NCBI RefSeq assembly: GCF_006345805.1 | Contig: NC_043010.1 | Coordinates: 2,356,001 to 2,420,000 of the forward strand | Origin: Octopus sinensis | Taxonomy: Eukaryota | Length of the DNA stretch: 64,000 nt | Direction: 5' to 3' | Part shown: positions 50,815-64,000 of the stretch, piece after piece | Layout: every line of letters begins with the position of its first letter | How positions within the stretch are numbered: the stretch's first letter is position 1 | Made by a program: the position numbers and the translations under genes | The notes under the pieces: generated by a model | Told to the model about the DNA's origin: nothing | The model's database searches: none | What the model saw: the letters and a program-made list of their open reading frames with translations, nothing else

Positions 50815-51719
50815 ATCATCATCATCATCATCGTTTAGTGTCCGTTTTCCATGCTAGCATGGGTTGGACGGTTCTACTGGGGTCTGTGAAGCCAGAAGGC
50901 TTCATCAGGCCCAGTCAAATCTGGCAGTGTTTCTACGGCTGGATGCCCTTCCTAACGCCAACCACTCCGTGAGTGTAGTGGGTGCTTTTTACGTGCCACC
51001 CGCACAGGTGCCAGACAGAGCTGGCAAATGGCCACGAACGGATGGTGCTTTTTATGTGCCACCGGCACGAGGGCCAGGCATGACTGGCAACGAACACGAA
51101 CGGATGGTGCTTTTTACGTGCCATCGGCACGAGGCCAGTCGGGGCGGTGCTGGCAACGGTCGCGAAACGGAAGGTTCTCTTACATGCCACCGGCACTGGT
51201 AACACATCTGCAATTTCCATTGATCGATTTCAATTCTGATCCTCACTTGCCTCAACAGGTCTTCACAAGTAGAGTTTTGTGTCCCAAGAAGGGAGGTATG
51301 CATACGTAGGCTGGCTCCATCCCATGTAGAAGGCCACGGGTTATGGACTCACTTGTCCTGCCAGGTCTTCTCGCACACAGCACACTTCCAGAGGTCTCGG
51401 TCTCTAGTCATTTCCTCAGTGAGACCTAAAGTTCGAAGGTCGTGCTTCACCACCTCGTCCCAGGTTTTCCTGGGTCTGCCTCTTCCGCAGGTTCCCTCAA
51501 CCGCTAGGGTGTGGCACTTTTTCACACAACTATCTTCATCCATTCTCGCCACATGACCATACCAGCGCAAACGTCTCTCTTGCACACCACAACTGATGCT
51601 TCTTAGGTCCAGCTTTTCTCTCAAGGTACTTACACTCTGCCGGGTATGAGTACTGACATTACACATCCATCGGAGCATACTGGCTTCATTTCTTGCGAGC
51701 TTACACATATCCTCAGCAG

Positions 51720-51722
<3 letters not shown>
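50815..51722 (-). mobile_element. 5'-truncated RTE-clade LINE with intact C-terminal ORF, repeat-containing 3' UTR and (GAT)n tail
   Basis: EASMLRWMCNVS...RRLRWYGHVARM...GRGRPRKTW...RDLWK; the 3' UTR recurs at ~1420-1665, 3480-3835, 12812-12970, 25478-25745, 53400-53765. Confidence 0.92.
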
Positions 51723-51760
<38 letters not shown>

Positions 51761-52530
51761 CATACGACAGGCTTCTTTCAGTTTCCGTCTACCAAATCCA
51801 CTCACAAGGCTTTAATCGGTCCGAGGCTATAGTAGAAGACACTTGCTCAAAGTGCCATGCAGTGGGACTGAACCCAGAACCATGTCGTTGGTAAGCAAGC
51901 TACTTACCACACAGCCACTCCTGTACCTATAATTGTTTACTTTTAGATGACATTGTAGGGTAGGATTGGGCTGAATATGGCAGGTTTAAATGCTAAAGGG
52001 TTAATAAGACCTAGCCCCTTCTTGTGGCCGGGTGCTCTAGGCCTAAAACCTCATATTAAAAAGCAGCAACTCAATAATCTGGAACAGATCCCTGAAACTA
52101 ACTTTAACCCAGATATGTCGAATAGAGTTTTGGTCCGTAAACGATTATTCACATCAGTCAATGACTGAATTGTCTAAAATTTAAAGAATTGGACAAAGTC
52201 CGCTACAGCCCCACACCCCAGCTAATGTCCGGCAATTATTACAAGAAATTCTCAAGAAACACTGAGGTGTGTAATTGTTATTCTAAAGCCTTGTTCAAAA
52301 AGTGAAATTAATTGTCTTTTCCTTGAGGAATTGGTAAAGTTTAATGTTTTGTGGACTGAATGCTTCAAGTTTGCTTTACAAACACACAGTTTCCGGTTCA
52401 GTCCCACTGCATGGCACCTTCTGCAAATATCTTCTACTCTTCTGCTATAGTTCTGGGCCAACCAATAACCTCGTAAGCAAATTTAGTTGATTGACTCTGT
52501 ATGAAGCCTATCATTTGTGCACGCACGCAG

Positions 52531-52593
<63 letters not shown>

Positions 52594-52799
52594 CGCACAC
52601 ACACAGACACACACGCACACACACACACACACACACATGTGCATATCTCCTTTACTTGCCTCACACACTGGACTGCAGCCTGGCTGAGGCACCACCTTGT
52701 AGGATTTTTAGTCAATTGCATCGATCCCAGTACTTTTTTTTATTTTAAGCCTGGTACTCGTTATATCATTCTCTTTTGCTGAAATGCTATGTTATGGGG

Positions 52800-52883
52800 T
52801 CATAAACACATCAATATTGGTTCTCAAGTACCTGTAGGGGACAAACACAGACCACAAAGATACACACATAATATATATGTACG

Positions 52884-52919
<36 letters not shown>

Positions 52920-53031
52920 TATACATACACAAACATATATATATATATATACACATATATATTATGTGTGTATCTTTGTGGTGTGTGTTTGTCCCCTACA
53001 AGTACTTGAGAACCAATATTGATGTGTTTAT
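52800..53031. repeat. Local inverted duplication inside a family-A SINE
   Basis: CATAAACACATCAATATTGGTTCTCAAGTAC... mirrored by ...GTACTTGAGAACCAATATTGATGTGTTTATG around a (TA) core. Confidence 0.85.
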
Positions 53032-53738
53032 GGTGGGTTCTTTCTGTTTCCATCTACTAAACACACTCACAAGGCTCTGGTCGCACTGAGGCTGTAGTAG
53101 AAGACACTTTCTCAAGGTGCCATACTGTGGGACTGAACTTGGAACCATGTGGTTGGAAAGCACCTATATATGGACATTTAACATAAGCTTGAATGGATCT
53201 GATGAATTTCTTTTGTTTTTGTTTTTGATTTTTTTTTTTTTTGACAATTTTCCAGTTTTGATTAAGAAGCTTGCTTTCCAACCAGTTGGTCTTCGGTTCA
53301 GTCACACTGAATTTGTTTTGTTTGTATCTATTTTATTAGGAAATGATTTTTAAAAGAAATTATTTTTATTCCAAAAGTTTATACAAAGGCCGATCTCAAA
53401 ATGTTGAACCTTACAAAGATGACAGAGGACTGAGATATGTATTGCATAGCTGTAATAAAAAAAAACCTGCCCACCACAACAGAAATGATATCCTAAAACC
53501 AAAGTGCCACATAATAAGCATTTGTGTGAGTGCTGGTGCCATGTAAAAAGTACTGATAATGGTATCATGTAAAAAGACAGCCCCAGTACACTCTGTAAAA
53601 TGGTTGGCATTAGGAAGGGCATCCAGCCATAGAAACCAAGCCAAAACAATATATGGAACCCAGTGCAGCCCTTGGCCTTGCCACTTCCTGTGAAGCTGTC
53701 CAACCCATGCCAGCATGGAAAACAGACTTTAAATGTTG

Positions 53739-53769
<31 letters not shown>

Positions 53770-53799
53770 TGGCACATTAACTATTTGTACTTAAGTTTT

Positions 53800-54115
53800 G
53801 ATAAGAGGACAGAGGACTTGGGGGGGGGGGTGTTGGGGCTGGTGAAATGGCTGGCAAGTGCAAATGGGGTGCAGTGGTATGGGCATGTGTTGAGGATGGA
53901 TAAGGAGCATGTTCTGAAGAGGGTGCTTGAGTTTGAGGTAAATGGACCACGAAAGCAAGGGAGACATGGAGGGAGAGATTGGGAGGGTTGGCTTGAGAAG
54001 GGAGGATGCCCAAAACTGGGCAAGATGGTTAAGATGGTGTGAAGGCAGTTGCTATGGCATTGAGGTAGATCCAGCCACCCCCATTAACAAGGACAAAACC
54101 CAGATTTAAAACACT

Positions 54116-54149
<34 letters not shown>

Positions 54150-54150
54150 C
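53800..54150 (+). mobile_element. RTE-like LINE 3' end
   Basis: ANGVQWYGHVLRMDKEHVLKRVLEFEVNGPRKQGR followed by a (GAT)n tail. Confidence 0.8.
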
Positions 54151-55938
54151 CTAGGTTGAAAACCCCTGATACAGATGGATGATGTATCAACTTTTGGTTC
54201 CCAGGAGTTCCCAGCCTGACGAGCCACCACACCCCGGTGATGTAAAACAGCATTTTAAGAGACACAAAGGTGGCAAGCTCACCAAATCATAAGCACATTC
54301 GGCAAAATACTTTGTAGCATTTCTTTCAGTTCTCTACATTCTGAGTTCACATACCGCCTAAGTCAACTTTGCACTTAATCCTTTCAGGATAAAGTAAAAA
54401 TCAAGTACTAGAGTTGATGTAATCATTTGCTCCCTCTCCTAAAAACTCCTGGCCTTGTGCTAAAATTAAAAATAAATTTTAGGAGGTACAACAAAGAGGG
54501 AAAGTATACACTTCATTATAATTGCTTTTCAGGATAAACTTATTAACTAAAATTACTCACAGAAATTATTAACTCACTCTTAAAAATAACCTTATTATAT
54601 TACTTTGACAAAGAATTTTCTTATTTCACAGTAATGGTTCAATTTCAAAAAAATAAAAATAAAATGAAATTAGTTATTTGAAAATTAAATTTTTTTATCT
54701 TCAAATGTGATATTACTTTTGTAGGGGCTGCGAAAATTAATCAAATACTTCCTAGAGGAATGTGGCACAGAAAAGATTAGGAACCCCTAATCTATAAGAC
54801 TGAAGTAGAATTAAACTAAAGTTGTGTATAGCATGCCAAAAGAGGAAGTAGAAAGTGTGTAAGAAGAGAAGAAGCATTTGTGAGAATGTGTAGGAGGGAG
54901 ATGACCATAGGAACGGGAAGATAGCATAAAGTTGTTGAAGATCACAAGATAACAAATGAGAGATTCAAGAAGGAAAGAAGCAAAGAATTATAAAAGGAAA
55001 CAAAACAATAATCACATTGAGTGAGCATTCATAGACACACACACACACTTCATCATCATCATCTTTATTTAATGTCCATTTTTCATTCTGGTATGGGTTG
55101 GGTGGTTTTATGGGAGTTGCGAAGACCATGGGCCACACCAAACTCCATTGTCTGTCTTGGCAAAGTTTCTACAGCTGGATGCCCTTCCTAACGCCAACCA
55201 CTTTACAGGGTGTGCTGGATGCCTTTTATGTGGCACCATCACCAGTGCTTTTTATGTGAAACTTCATTCAAGTCATTCTTTACTGACTAAAAATGAAACA
55301 CACATTCAGCTATACATCCCTAGGTAGACCATGTTGGAAAAGCATGAATGATAATGATCATAGTATTCTTTGATGAGGGGTTTGCTTGATCATGGTGGAT
55401 CTAGGGGTTAAAGAAAACCACCCACAACTACTACAACCAAGTCCTAAGGGAGACCATGTTCTCATTGAACCTACAAGAAAAGCAGCCAAGTGTCTTTCAG
55501 TTCAAACTCTGTTACCATAAAAAGGGAAAGACTACATTTGGTAGTATAGTCCAAGATAAGCTGTGCCATAAAACTGAAGAACAGAAGATGCAATATAAGC
55601 CTATCTCACTAAAGCTAACCTGGAGTTAAACAACAACAATGATTTATTCTTGTGATTTAGGTACTGCATGACTATAGGTGTGTATTACTGCGTTTCTGGG
55701 AATTGGAAGGTTTGTCGTGTCTCTGGTGGAGATGAAGAAGGGTAGCCTTCAGTTAAATACAAATATAAATGTGTCCTTTTAAAGCCTGGCCAGGCTCATG
55801 GGCCCAGTTTCCCGGGTTCTATGGCATATGTGTAAAATTGTAAGCAAAAGACATTTGCTTGCATGACGGTGACACTCATTTCGTAACTATCCCACAAAAT
55901 CAAGACAAGGAGACAGAAATATGCACACACGCACACCG

Positions 55939-55969
<31 letters not shown>

Positions 55970-56261
55970 CGGGTCAACACTAGGAAGTGTGCATCCCAAT
56001 TAGAGAAGTATCAAAGGGGTCCCTCTACTCTACAAAATCTGAAGAATGACGCCTTATGCTTTGTGTAGTACGCCAGTCCCAGCCAAAAAACGTTGAGGGC
56101 TTGAGTCTTAACGATTGGCCACAATGATAAACTAAATATTGGAATCTCATATGAAAGTTTTAATGTTTTATTACAAGTCAAGATAATTAACTGACTTACT
56201 TTTTATGACTAGGCCTTCTAAATACAGGTTATTCTGGCTTTTTTATCTGGGAAGGCTTTAA

Positions 56262-56480
56262 CCCTTTAGTATTTAAACTGGCCATATCCGGCCAAAATAG
56301 TTAATCTGTTTTATGTTCAAACTGACCAGATCCAGGCTCTCACACCTACCCTACAATGTTATTCTACATTAAGTAATTACACCATCAAGATCTTGAAGAT
56401 ATGAGATAATGCATGATTAATTCAAATTAATGGGAATCAATAGGCATTATGTTTGATTGAATAATCTGAACACTAAAGGG
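56262..56480. mobile_element. Intact piggyBac-type MITE
   Basis: TTAA|CCCTTTAGT...ACTAAAGGG|TTAA; family also at ~4005-4248, 42689 and 50165-52004. Confidence 0.85.
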
Positions 56481-57839
56481 TTAAAGATCATTTCAAAGTC
56501 AATAGTTTCCATAATGTCATTTTCTGTAGATATCATCACCAAATTATTTAGATTTTCTTGTGAAATTGTTGATCCTAGGTATGTTTTAATCAGTTTTGGT
56601 TTCGAAAAACTTTTTTACCTGCTGCAACTGGTACAGGCATTGTTAAATAAACCCTCAAAGCAATAAAAATAAGAAATGCTTAATTCATCATAGTATCTTC
56701 CTCTTAAGCATGTGCATGGGGCCAGCTCTTGGTGTGGGGCCCAGTTTGAACAAATCTGTCTTATTGGTTTAAAACTGGTCCTGCGTACATGTGCGAATGC
56801 ACACACACATGTACATAGAATGGATTCCTTTTAGTTTCCATCTACCAAATCCACTCACAATGCTTTGGCAGGCCAAAGGCCATAATAGGAGACACTTGTC
56901 CCAGGGGCCACTCAGTAGGACCAAACCCAGAACCATGTGGTTGGGCAGCAAGCTTCTTACCACATAGCAACACCAGCATCTACACAAACACACACACACA
57001 TATATATTCTGAAAAGAAACCCCAACATTTAAAATGTAGTTCTGGTTATGGCTATGTCATAAGGAAATGTGGCCAAAAGACAGGTCATCATCAAAGATCA
57101 GTAGGCCAAGTTTGGACATTTTTTGTTGGAATTATTTATGAAGAATGACGGACAGAGGTGGGTAAGTGGATGAATGAAGAAGTTAGGGAATGAGTGAGTG
57201 AGAGATCAAAACAGAATAAGTTAGTAAGTGGAAAAGAGAGTCTACAGAGAGTAGTACATTTTATCACTAAGTGCAGAGACTGTTTTTTGATGATGTTGAA
57301 AGGAGATTGTCATTTTCCTGTTGGGGGATGTTTTTTAAAGAGGTTTATTCATTGATGTAGCACATTAGGTGTCTGTGTGGGATGGTGGGATGGTGCTTAT
57401 GTTAGAAATATAGAAGGAGAGTTAATAGTATTCACGGGGGAGTAGGTGTGTGTGTGGGGGGGATTACAAATAACAATGAGTATAGATTATTGATGTAGAG
57501 AACCAAAACAATGAAAAAATAAATAAATAGATATAAATTGAAATATAAAAAAAAAAAACGAAGAATGAAGAAAATATTCCTAAATAGGTGCAAGCATAGC
57601 TTTATGGTAAGAAGCTTATTCCCCAAGCACATAGTTTCAGGGTCAATTCCTCTGCATGGCACCTTCACGAGAGTCTTTGACTATAGCCCCGTGTGAGTGG
57701 ATTTGGTAGACAGAAACTGAAAGAAGCTCTGTGTGTGTGTTTTCTTCTATTTCTCTTATTGATTTGGAGTAAGGTTTGACTGGCCATGTACTTGGTAGCA
57801 GGGTTGCAAAAGAAGGCATCTTGTTTTAGCAATCATTAT

Positions 57840-58015
57840 TTAAATCTTAAGAAGGTCTTGCAGCTTTTTATAGTTCCAGATATTGTGATCATTTGGAGCA
57901 TATGAATTAAGGATTCATGTTTTTTCCCCAAGATCCAAAGTTAAGCCATACTTTGGTCCAGGTGGGTTGGTGTGTATCCTGTTGCTCCAGTAATAATAGG
58001 TATAAAGATTGAAGT
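57840..58015 (-). mobile_element. RLE-type (R4/NeSL-like) non-LTR C-terminal relic inserted in a family-A SINE
   Basis: FIPIITGATGYTP...LQMITISGTIKSCKTFLRFK-stop resembles the PIIIGALG...LQ..AI.GT motif. Confidence 0.55.
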
Positions 58016-58778
58016 GTATCTTGAGTGCACGAATGTGTGTATGTGTGTCCTTCTAACCACTGCTTGGCAATCAGCGTCAGTTTGTCTGTTATGATAACGT
58101 AGTGATTCAGCAAAAGAGACAGGTAGAATAAGTACCAAACTTAGAAGAAAATAAGTAATGAAGTCAATGTGTTTGATTAAATCTACCAAGGCAGTGCCCC
58201 AGCATGGCCACAGTCCAATGACTGAAACAAATACATACATCAGTAAGTAAAGAAATTTCAGTCAGTTTCAATGATGAAAATTCAGTTATTCAATCATTGA
58301 GTTAATATGTAAGTGGTTGAGTATCCCACAGATATATGTAGCATTAATGTATTTTTCAGAATCAGATGGCTCAGTGGTTAGCACATCAGGCTCACAATCA
58401 TGAGGTTGTGAGTTCAATTCCTGAACTAGGCAGTGTTTTGTTCTTGAGCAAGGCACTTTATTTCACATTGCTCCAATTCACTCAGCTGTAGAAATGAGTT
58501 GCAACATCACTGGTGCCAAGTTGTATCAGCCTTTATCTTTCTCTTAGATAACATCTGCAGAATGGAAAGGGGAGGCTGGTACACTTGGGCAGCTGCTGGT
58601 CTTCCATAAACAAACTTGTCCGAATTTGTGCCTCAGAAGGCAACTTTCTAGGAGTATCATATATAATTTCAAAATGCTCATGGTGCCGTACTGAAGATTT
58701 GATCAAGGACTTTGCAAATAAGAAAAGTAGGAGAAAACTTTTCAAATATAAAATGGAAGAATTCAAAACTAAACGTTA

Positions 58779-59137
58779 CTAGCACTATGATCCAGCAATG
58801 CCGGGTCAAATACAGCTGCATGCGTGCGCACATACACGCGAGTACTGACCAAATCTCCAACCAATCACATACAGCTAGCTTGCATTCAATTGGCGCATCA
58901 AGTTTCGGGCATTTTGATAGGGTTTTGGATAGAAAATTCACAAAAAAGTCACTTCTATTGATTTTTTAATGGCTTTGCAGGGGGACTGGGGAAATATAAA
59001 GATGTGCGCGACCACCCTTAGACAGTTTTGAATGACCATAGAGAGTGCGAGCCCTCTAACTGAAAACTTGTGGATTTGTATAAAAGATACACACGCACAC
59101 ACACACACACACATTTTGCCGTTTATATATAGAGAGA
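58779..59137 (-). mobile_element. Non-autonomous Helitron, second copy
   Basis: Reverse complement of 44293-44656 with A|TC and CTAG|T termini. Confidence 0.85.
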
Positions 59138-59694
59138 TTTTCTATCTTTCTGTTAGTTTTGTTTCATTTTGAAAAATAAAAATTTATTTTATGGTTTATT
59201 ATTGTTTATATTTTGAATTACATATATTTGAGGGCACCAAAATCTTTTAAGTACTTAAGGCCTCTATGGGCCTTAATGCAGATCCGGGCACAATTCATCT
59301 GATACATTCTGCCTAGTTTCAGTCCTGCTTTTCTCAACCTAAATTCACTTATACGAAATAGGGTGACCTGAGGGGTTCGTAAAAGACCCCACTGTGTTTC
59401 TTTTTTGTTATTTCTTTCAGTCACTTGACTGTAGCCATGCTGGAGCACTTCCTTGAGGGATTTTGTCAAACAAATGAATGCCAGTATTTATTTTTTTGAA
59501 GTTTGTTATTTACTCTACTGGTCTTTTTGGGGTTTTTTTTTCTTCTGCTGAACTGCTAAGTTACAAGGACATACGAATAAAGCGACTCCGATTGTCAAGT
59601 GGTGCGGAATAAACACAAAGTAAAAAAGAAAGAAACAAAAAAGCAAACAAAGAGAGAAACAAACAAACAAGCAAGCAGAGAGAGGGAGGGAGAG

Positions 59695-59730
<36 letters not shown>

Positions 59731-62584
59731 GAGCTTTCACACAGTTTCAATCTACTAATTTCACTTACAAGGCATTGGTCAACCTGGACCAATAGTCCAA
59801 GATATTGCCCAGTGGCACTGAACTCAAAACCATGAGGTTGCAAAGAAAGCTTCTCAACCACACAGCCATGTCTGTGCCAAAGAATCCACAGCAGAATCAA
59901 ACCCTGGACCTTGTTATCAGAAAGGAAACATCTTTACCATTTGGCCGTACATCATCCACATTCAGACTGTCCTGACAATAACATGACATACACCGAGTAA
60001 TTTAATTAAGTGCCATGTCTTGCCTCAGGATACAACATGGATATTATTAAGGCAGGAGAAGCGTTTGTACAAGTATCAATATGTGGCATGAATAGACGGC
60101 AACTGTTTGGATGAGAGTAGCAGGGTGGAAAGTGTTGGGGTGGTGTGTTGACACTGGAAGATACCAATGACAGTCTGCATGATATGAAAGAAGACAGGAA
60201 AATGTGTATGGAATTGGTAGGGGTGGGGTGGGGGTCACATTTTGTGATGGAAGGTTGCACACACAATATGACATCAGGTCAGGAAGAAAAATGATATTTT
60301 TTACAATGTCCATCACATGGCTGTATGATGTGAAGTGGTGGTAGTGGGTGGGTGGGTGGAGAGGGGATGAAAATATTAGGATAATAGAAATATTATGATT
60401 ATGATGGTGGTGGTGGTGGTGATGGTGGTAAAAATGAAGAAAAAGGGTCAAATAAAGAAGAAAATGTAGGGAGTGAGGCTGCAGTCCTTTGTAGGTTTCA
60501 TTAGATGGGGTGATTGCAATAAATATGTGAGATGAGGATATTCAATAGTTAATCTTTTAGATGGTACAAGTCAGTGTAACAGGACAGTGACACAGGTTAG
60601 TAATGCATGTCACTGTCACAGATCAGTGAACAGGTCAGTGGTAGGTCAGCGCCACAGGTCTGTGGCACAGGTCAGTGGTTGGTGAGAGGGTGTTACAGAA
60701 AGATGACATGGTGTAGGTTGCAAGGAGAGATAATTGTTGCAGTGTGCTTAACAGGATGAGGTTTAGAAAAGGAGGCACACGGGAAGAGAACAGGAAATAA
60801 GAATGTATCATCATCTTCATCCCTTTGCACCCACTTTCCATGCTGGCATGGGTTGGACAGATCATCAAAGTCAGAGTCAGCACATATTCATCGATATACC
60901 TAACCTAGGTTGATTAGTAGACCTTATGTCACAAGTTTTTCATTTTCACAGGGTTTCTATGGTTGGATGCACTTCCTAACCACACTGTGAAAAAGCACCC
61001 TGAGAGTACTAGGTGCTTTTTTCCCATGACCCCAGTACTAATGTCATGTCTTTTACAGGTGTAGAAGACCCTCACAACCCCACATTTCTTGCCCACTTTG
61101 CTCATACGAAAAAAGAAGCATGAGTGATAGAGACATGAATGATAGCGATGCGAGGGATGATTGATAAACGTTGGAGTGATAGGAGTGACCAGTATTTTGA
61201 GACAAGTATTCAAGGCAATGAAACTTGACTGAAATGACAGGGATATGACAGAGGTGTAGATGACCCAGGAAATAGGGATGACAGATGCCTAGGAAGTGTA
61301 GAAGAGAAGGAGCAAAAGTATGCTGACATTTAGAGTGACACAGAGTGATGAATGGCTGAACAAGAGAGGAGGATGAAGGTAGAATGAACAAGGCCCAATG
61401 GGGTCCAACACAGACACATACACCCTGGGGTTGAATGAAGAGAGTAATGACTGAAGGAACTGAAGGTAGGCAGGTCATGTGCCAATGAATGGCCCAAAGA
61501 AGTGTTATGGACAGAATCAGAATAGTGGAACACTTAACTATGCTAAAAGCATTGTGTGACATGCAACAGAAATCTACAACTATTCTTGGTCATACCAGAG
61601 ACATTGAAGAGCAGAAATGAAAAGTGGTGTGAATGATTAGTAAAGAGGGTAAAGACCCCCTTCAGTCATGAATAACCATGAGATTACACCTACGAAGTTC
61701 CCCTCCAAAAAACAAGTCCAGGCAAGGTTGTTTGTGGAAGACCAGCAGTTGCCCATGCATACTGGCCTCCCCTTCCCATGCCACTGATGTTATCCAAGGG
61801 TAAGGCAAAGGCCAGTACTCGTGATGTCACAACTCATTTCTACAGCTGAGTGAACTGGAGCAACGTGAAATAAGGTGTCTTGCTCAAGAACACAACACGC
61901 AGCCCAATCCAGGAATCAAACTCATTATTACCTGATGGCAGTGACTTCATGGGTGAATGGTTCGATGTGAGTGATTAAGTGATGAGCAATAGGTATGGGT
62001 GAAAGAAGACAATATACAAAGTATGGAAGAGGAGCAACGAAGGTGAGAAAATGCAATGTGTGACAAACAGAAGACATGCACTGCCATCCTTCATGACACC
62101 AAGTTTATTAATGCAATGGAGTTACAGAGGAATAACAAAAATCAAAAGAACTGATTGAAGCAGGAATACTGTGGGATCATTGTTATTATAGTCGGAATAT
62201 AGAGCGAAAAGACAATGAGGGGAAGATCTACAGTTTGAGGATTTTGGAATAACAGTGATAGGATACAAAGATTTGGTTATCAGATGAAAGGTTGTTTTCT
62301 TATGCTGAGTTTTGAATATGTGTGTGTGAGAGACAGAGATGGTATCATCATCATCATTTTAGTGTCCATTTTTCCATGCTAGCATGGGTCAGACAGAATC
62401 TGCTGAGGCAAATTTTCTACGGTCAGATGCCTTTCCTGTTGCCAACCCTCACCTAATTCCAAGCAAGGTAATATTTTCCCATGGCCAGACATGTTTTCCG
62501 GGAAATACAGGAAACGAATAACATCACCTTAAATGATGGTGATGTTTGTTTTACAGCCATCACATGTTAAAATAAGGGTACACA

Positions 62585-62624
<40 letters not shown>

Positions 62625-64000
62625 TTCCTTCAGTTTCCACCTACCACATTCATCCTCAGGGCTTCGGTCAATCCAGGGCTATGGCAGAAGACACTTGCCC
62701 AAAGTACCACACAGTGGAACTGAACCCAAAACCTCTTCTCAACCACACTGGGACACACGTATTTTAAACTTCCATTTAGGATTCAAATGTGTGTAAATAT
62801 GTAGACAGGTGTGTGTGTGTGTGTGTGTGTGTGTGCACTCGTGTATTTTTAATATTTGAATATAAGGAAGGTGTGTGCCCACACGCATGGATTTTGTGTT
62901 TTTGCTGTATAAATTTGTGTGTGTGTATGTTTGTGTGTGTGTTGTGTAGATGTACGTTGGTATGTATCTGTCAGTGTATGTGTGTGTGTGCATTTGTATA
63001 AAAACGTATTAATGTGGTTGACCAATAGACATTTCGTATCAAATCTGACCATGAATTATCGTGAATGAGAGGAAGCGACTCAAGAGTTGCCTCCCTTACA
63101 TTAGACATCGTAAACGGCAAGTGATGCTCTGCACACCCACATTTTTAAACAGGGACTTCTGTTTCTTTCTGCGGAGGCAATCACATCTTTTAACTTATTC
63201 ATTCTGTTCTTTGTTCTAGTCATTTGACTGTGACCATGCTACAGCACTGTTTTCAAGGGCTTTAGACGAATAAATCGACCTGAATACTTCTTAAGTCAAG
63301 CACTTATTCCCTTTTACTGAAACACTAAGTTACAGGGACATGCACAAACCAACACCGGTTATCAAATAAGGGTGGCGTAAAACAAATACATTTATTACAC
63401 ACACACACACACATACACACATGAATATGGCAAGCTTCCACACAGTTTCCACTAATTAAAATTCACTCAAATAGTATTGGTCAGCCTAGAGTTATAGCAG
63501 AAAACACTTGTTCAAGGTGCTGCACGGTCGGATTGAACCCAAAACCACAGGTATGCAAAGCGAGCTTATAAACTACATAGCTATGTCTGTGCCTATTTTT
63601 AGCCTTTTTTTTTTCTAATTTGTACTGGGGCACCACTTCTCAGAGTTGCAGTCAATCTGGAAATTGAAGGAAGAATTTAGTTAATTAAATTGGCCCCAGC
63701 ATTTTACTGGTACTTAATATAATCATAGGTATAAGACTAAGAATGTTGGGGGTGGGATTTTAGTCAGTAACATCAATCCTCGTTCTTGACTGGTCCTTTA
63801 TTTCATTGAGTTTGAAAGGATGAAAGGCAAGATTTATCTCAGTGGGATTTGAACTCAGAGAGCGCCAATTCATATATCAAAGTATTTTGCCCAACTCTCT
63901 AACCAGTTTCCTAATCCAAACTTAATAATCATCATCATCATCAACATCTAACGTCCATTCTCTGTGCCAGGCATGAGTTAGACGGATTGACTGGAACTGG

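Noticed and set aside
54752-54820. Phase-2 tail LILLQSYRLGVPNLFCATFL
   Set aside because: Overlaps a hAT-like terminal motif (AGGGGTTCCTAATCTTTT).

Overview
AT-rich, repeat-dense eukaryotic DNA. The SINE/LINE families and microsatellite load resemble those of a coleoid cephalopod, most likely Octopus (inference from recognition, not a search). No long ORF or recognisable host protein domain is present; almost all ORFs in the supplied track are microsatellite or repeat artefacts. Most of the window is tRNA-derived SINEs, decayed RTE, Tx1/L1-like, RLE-type and Penelope-like retroelements, mariner relics, piggyBac-type MITEs, two Helitrons and two near-perfect tandem duplications. Two patterns stand out. 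First, the non-repeat islands hold a minus-strand series of short exon candidates, all multiples of 3 and all open in splice phase 2, plus candidate phase-2 terminal exons. This suggests a modular alternatively spliced region of a large gene I cannot identify. Second, several unrelated Penelope-type elements carry minimal hammerhead-ribozyme motifs, one of them fused to a tRNA-like Pol III head. Exon calls were made by eye and need RNA-seq.
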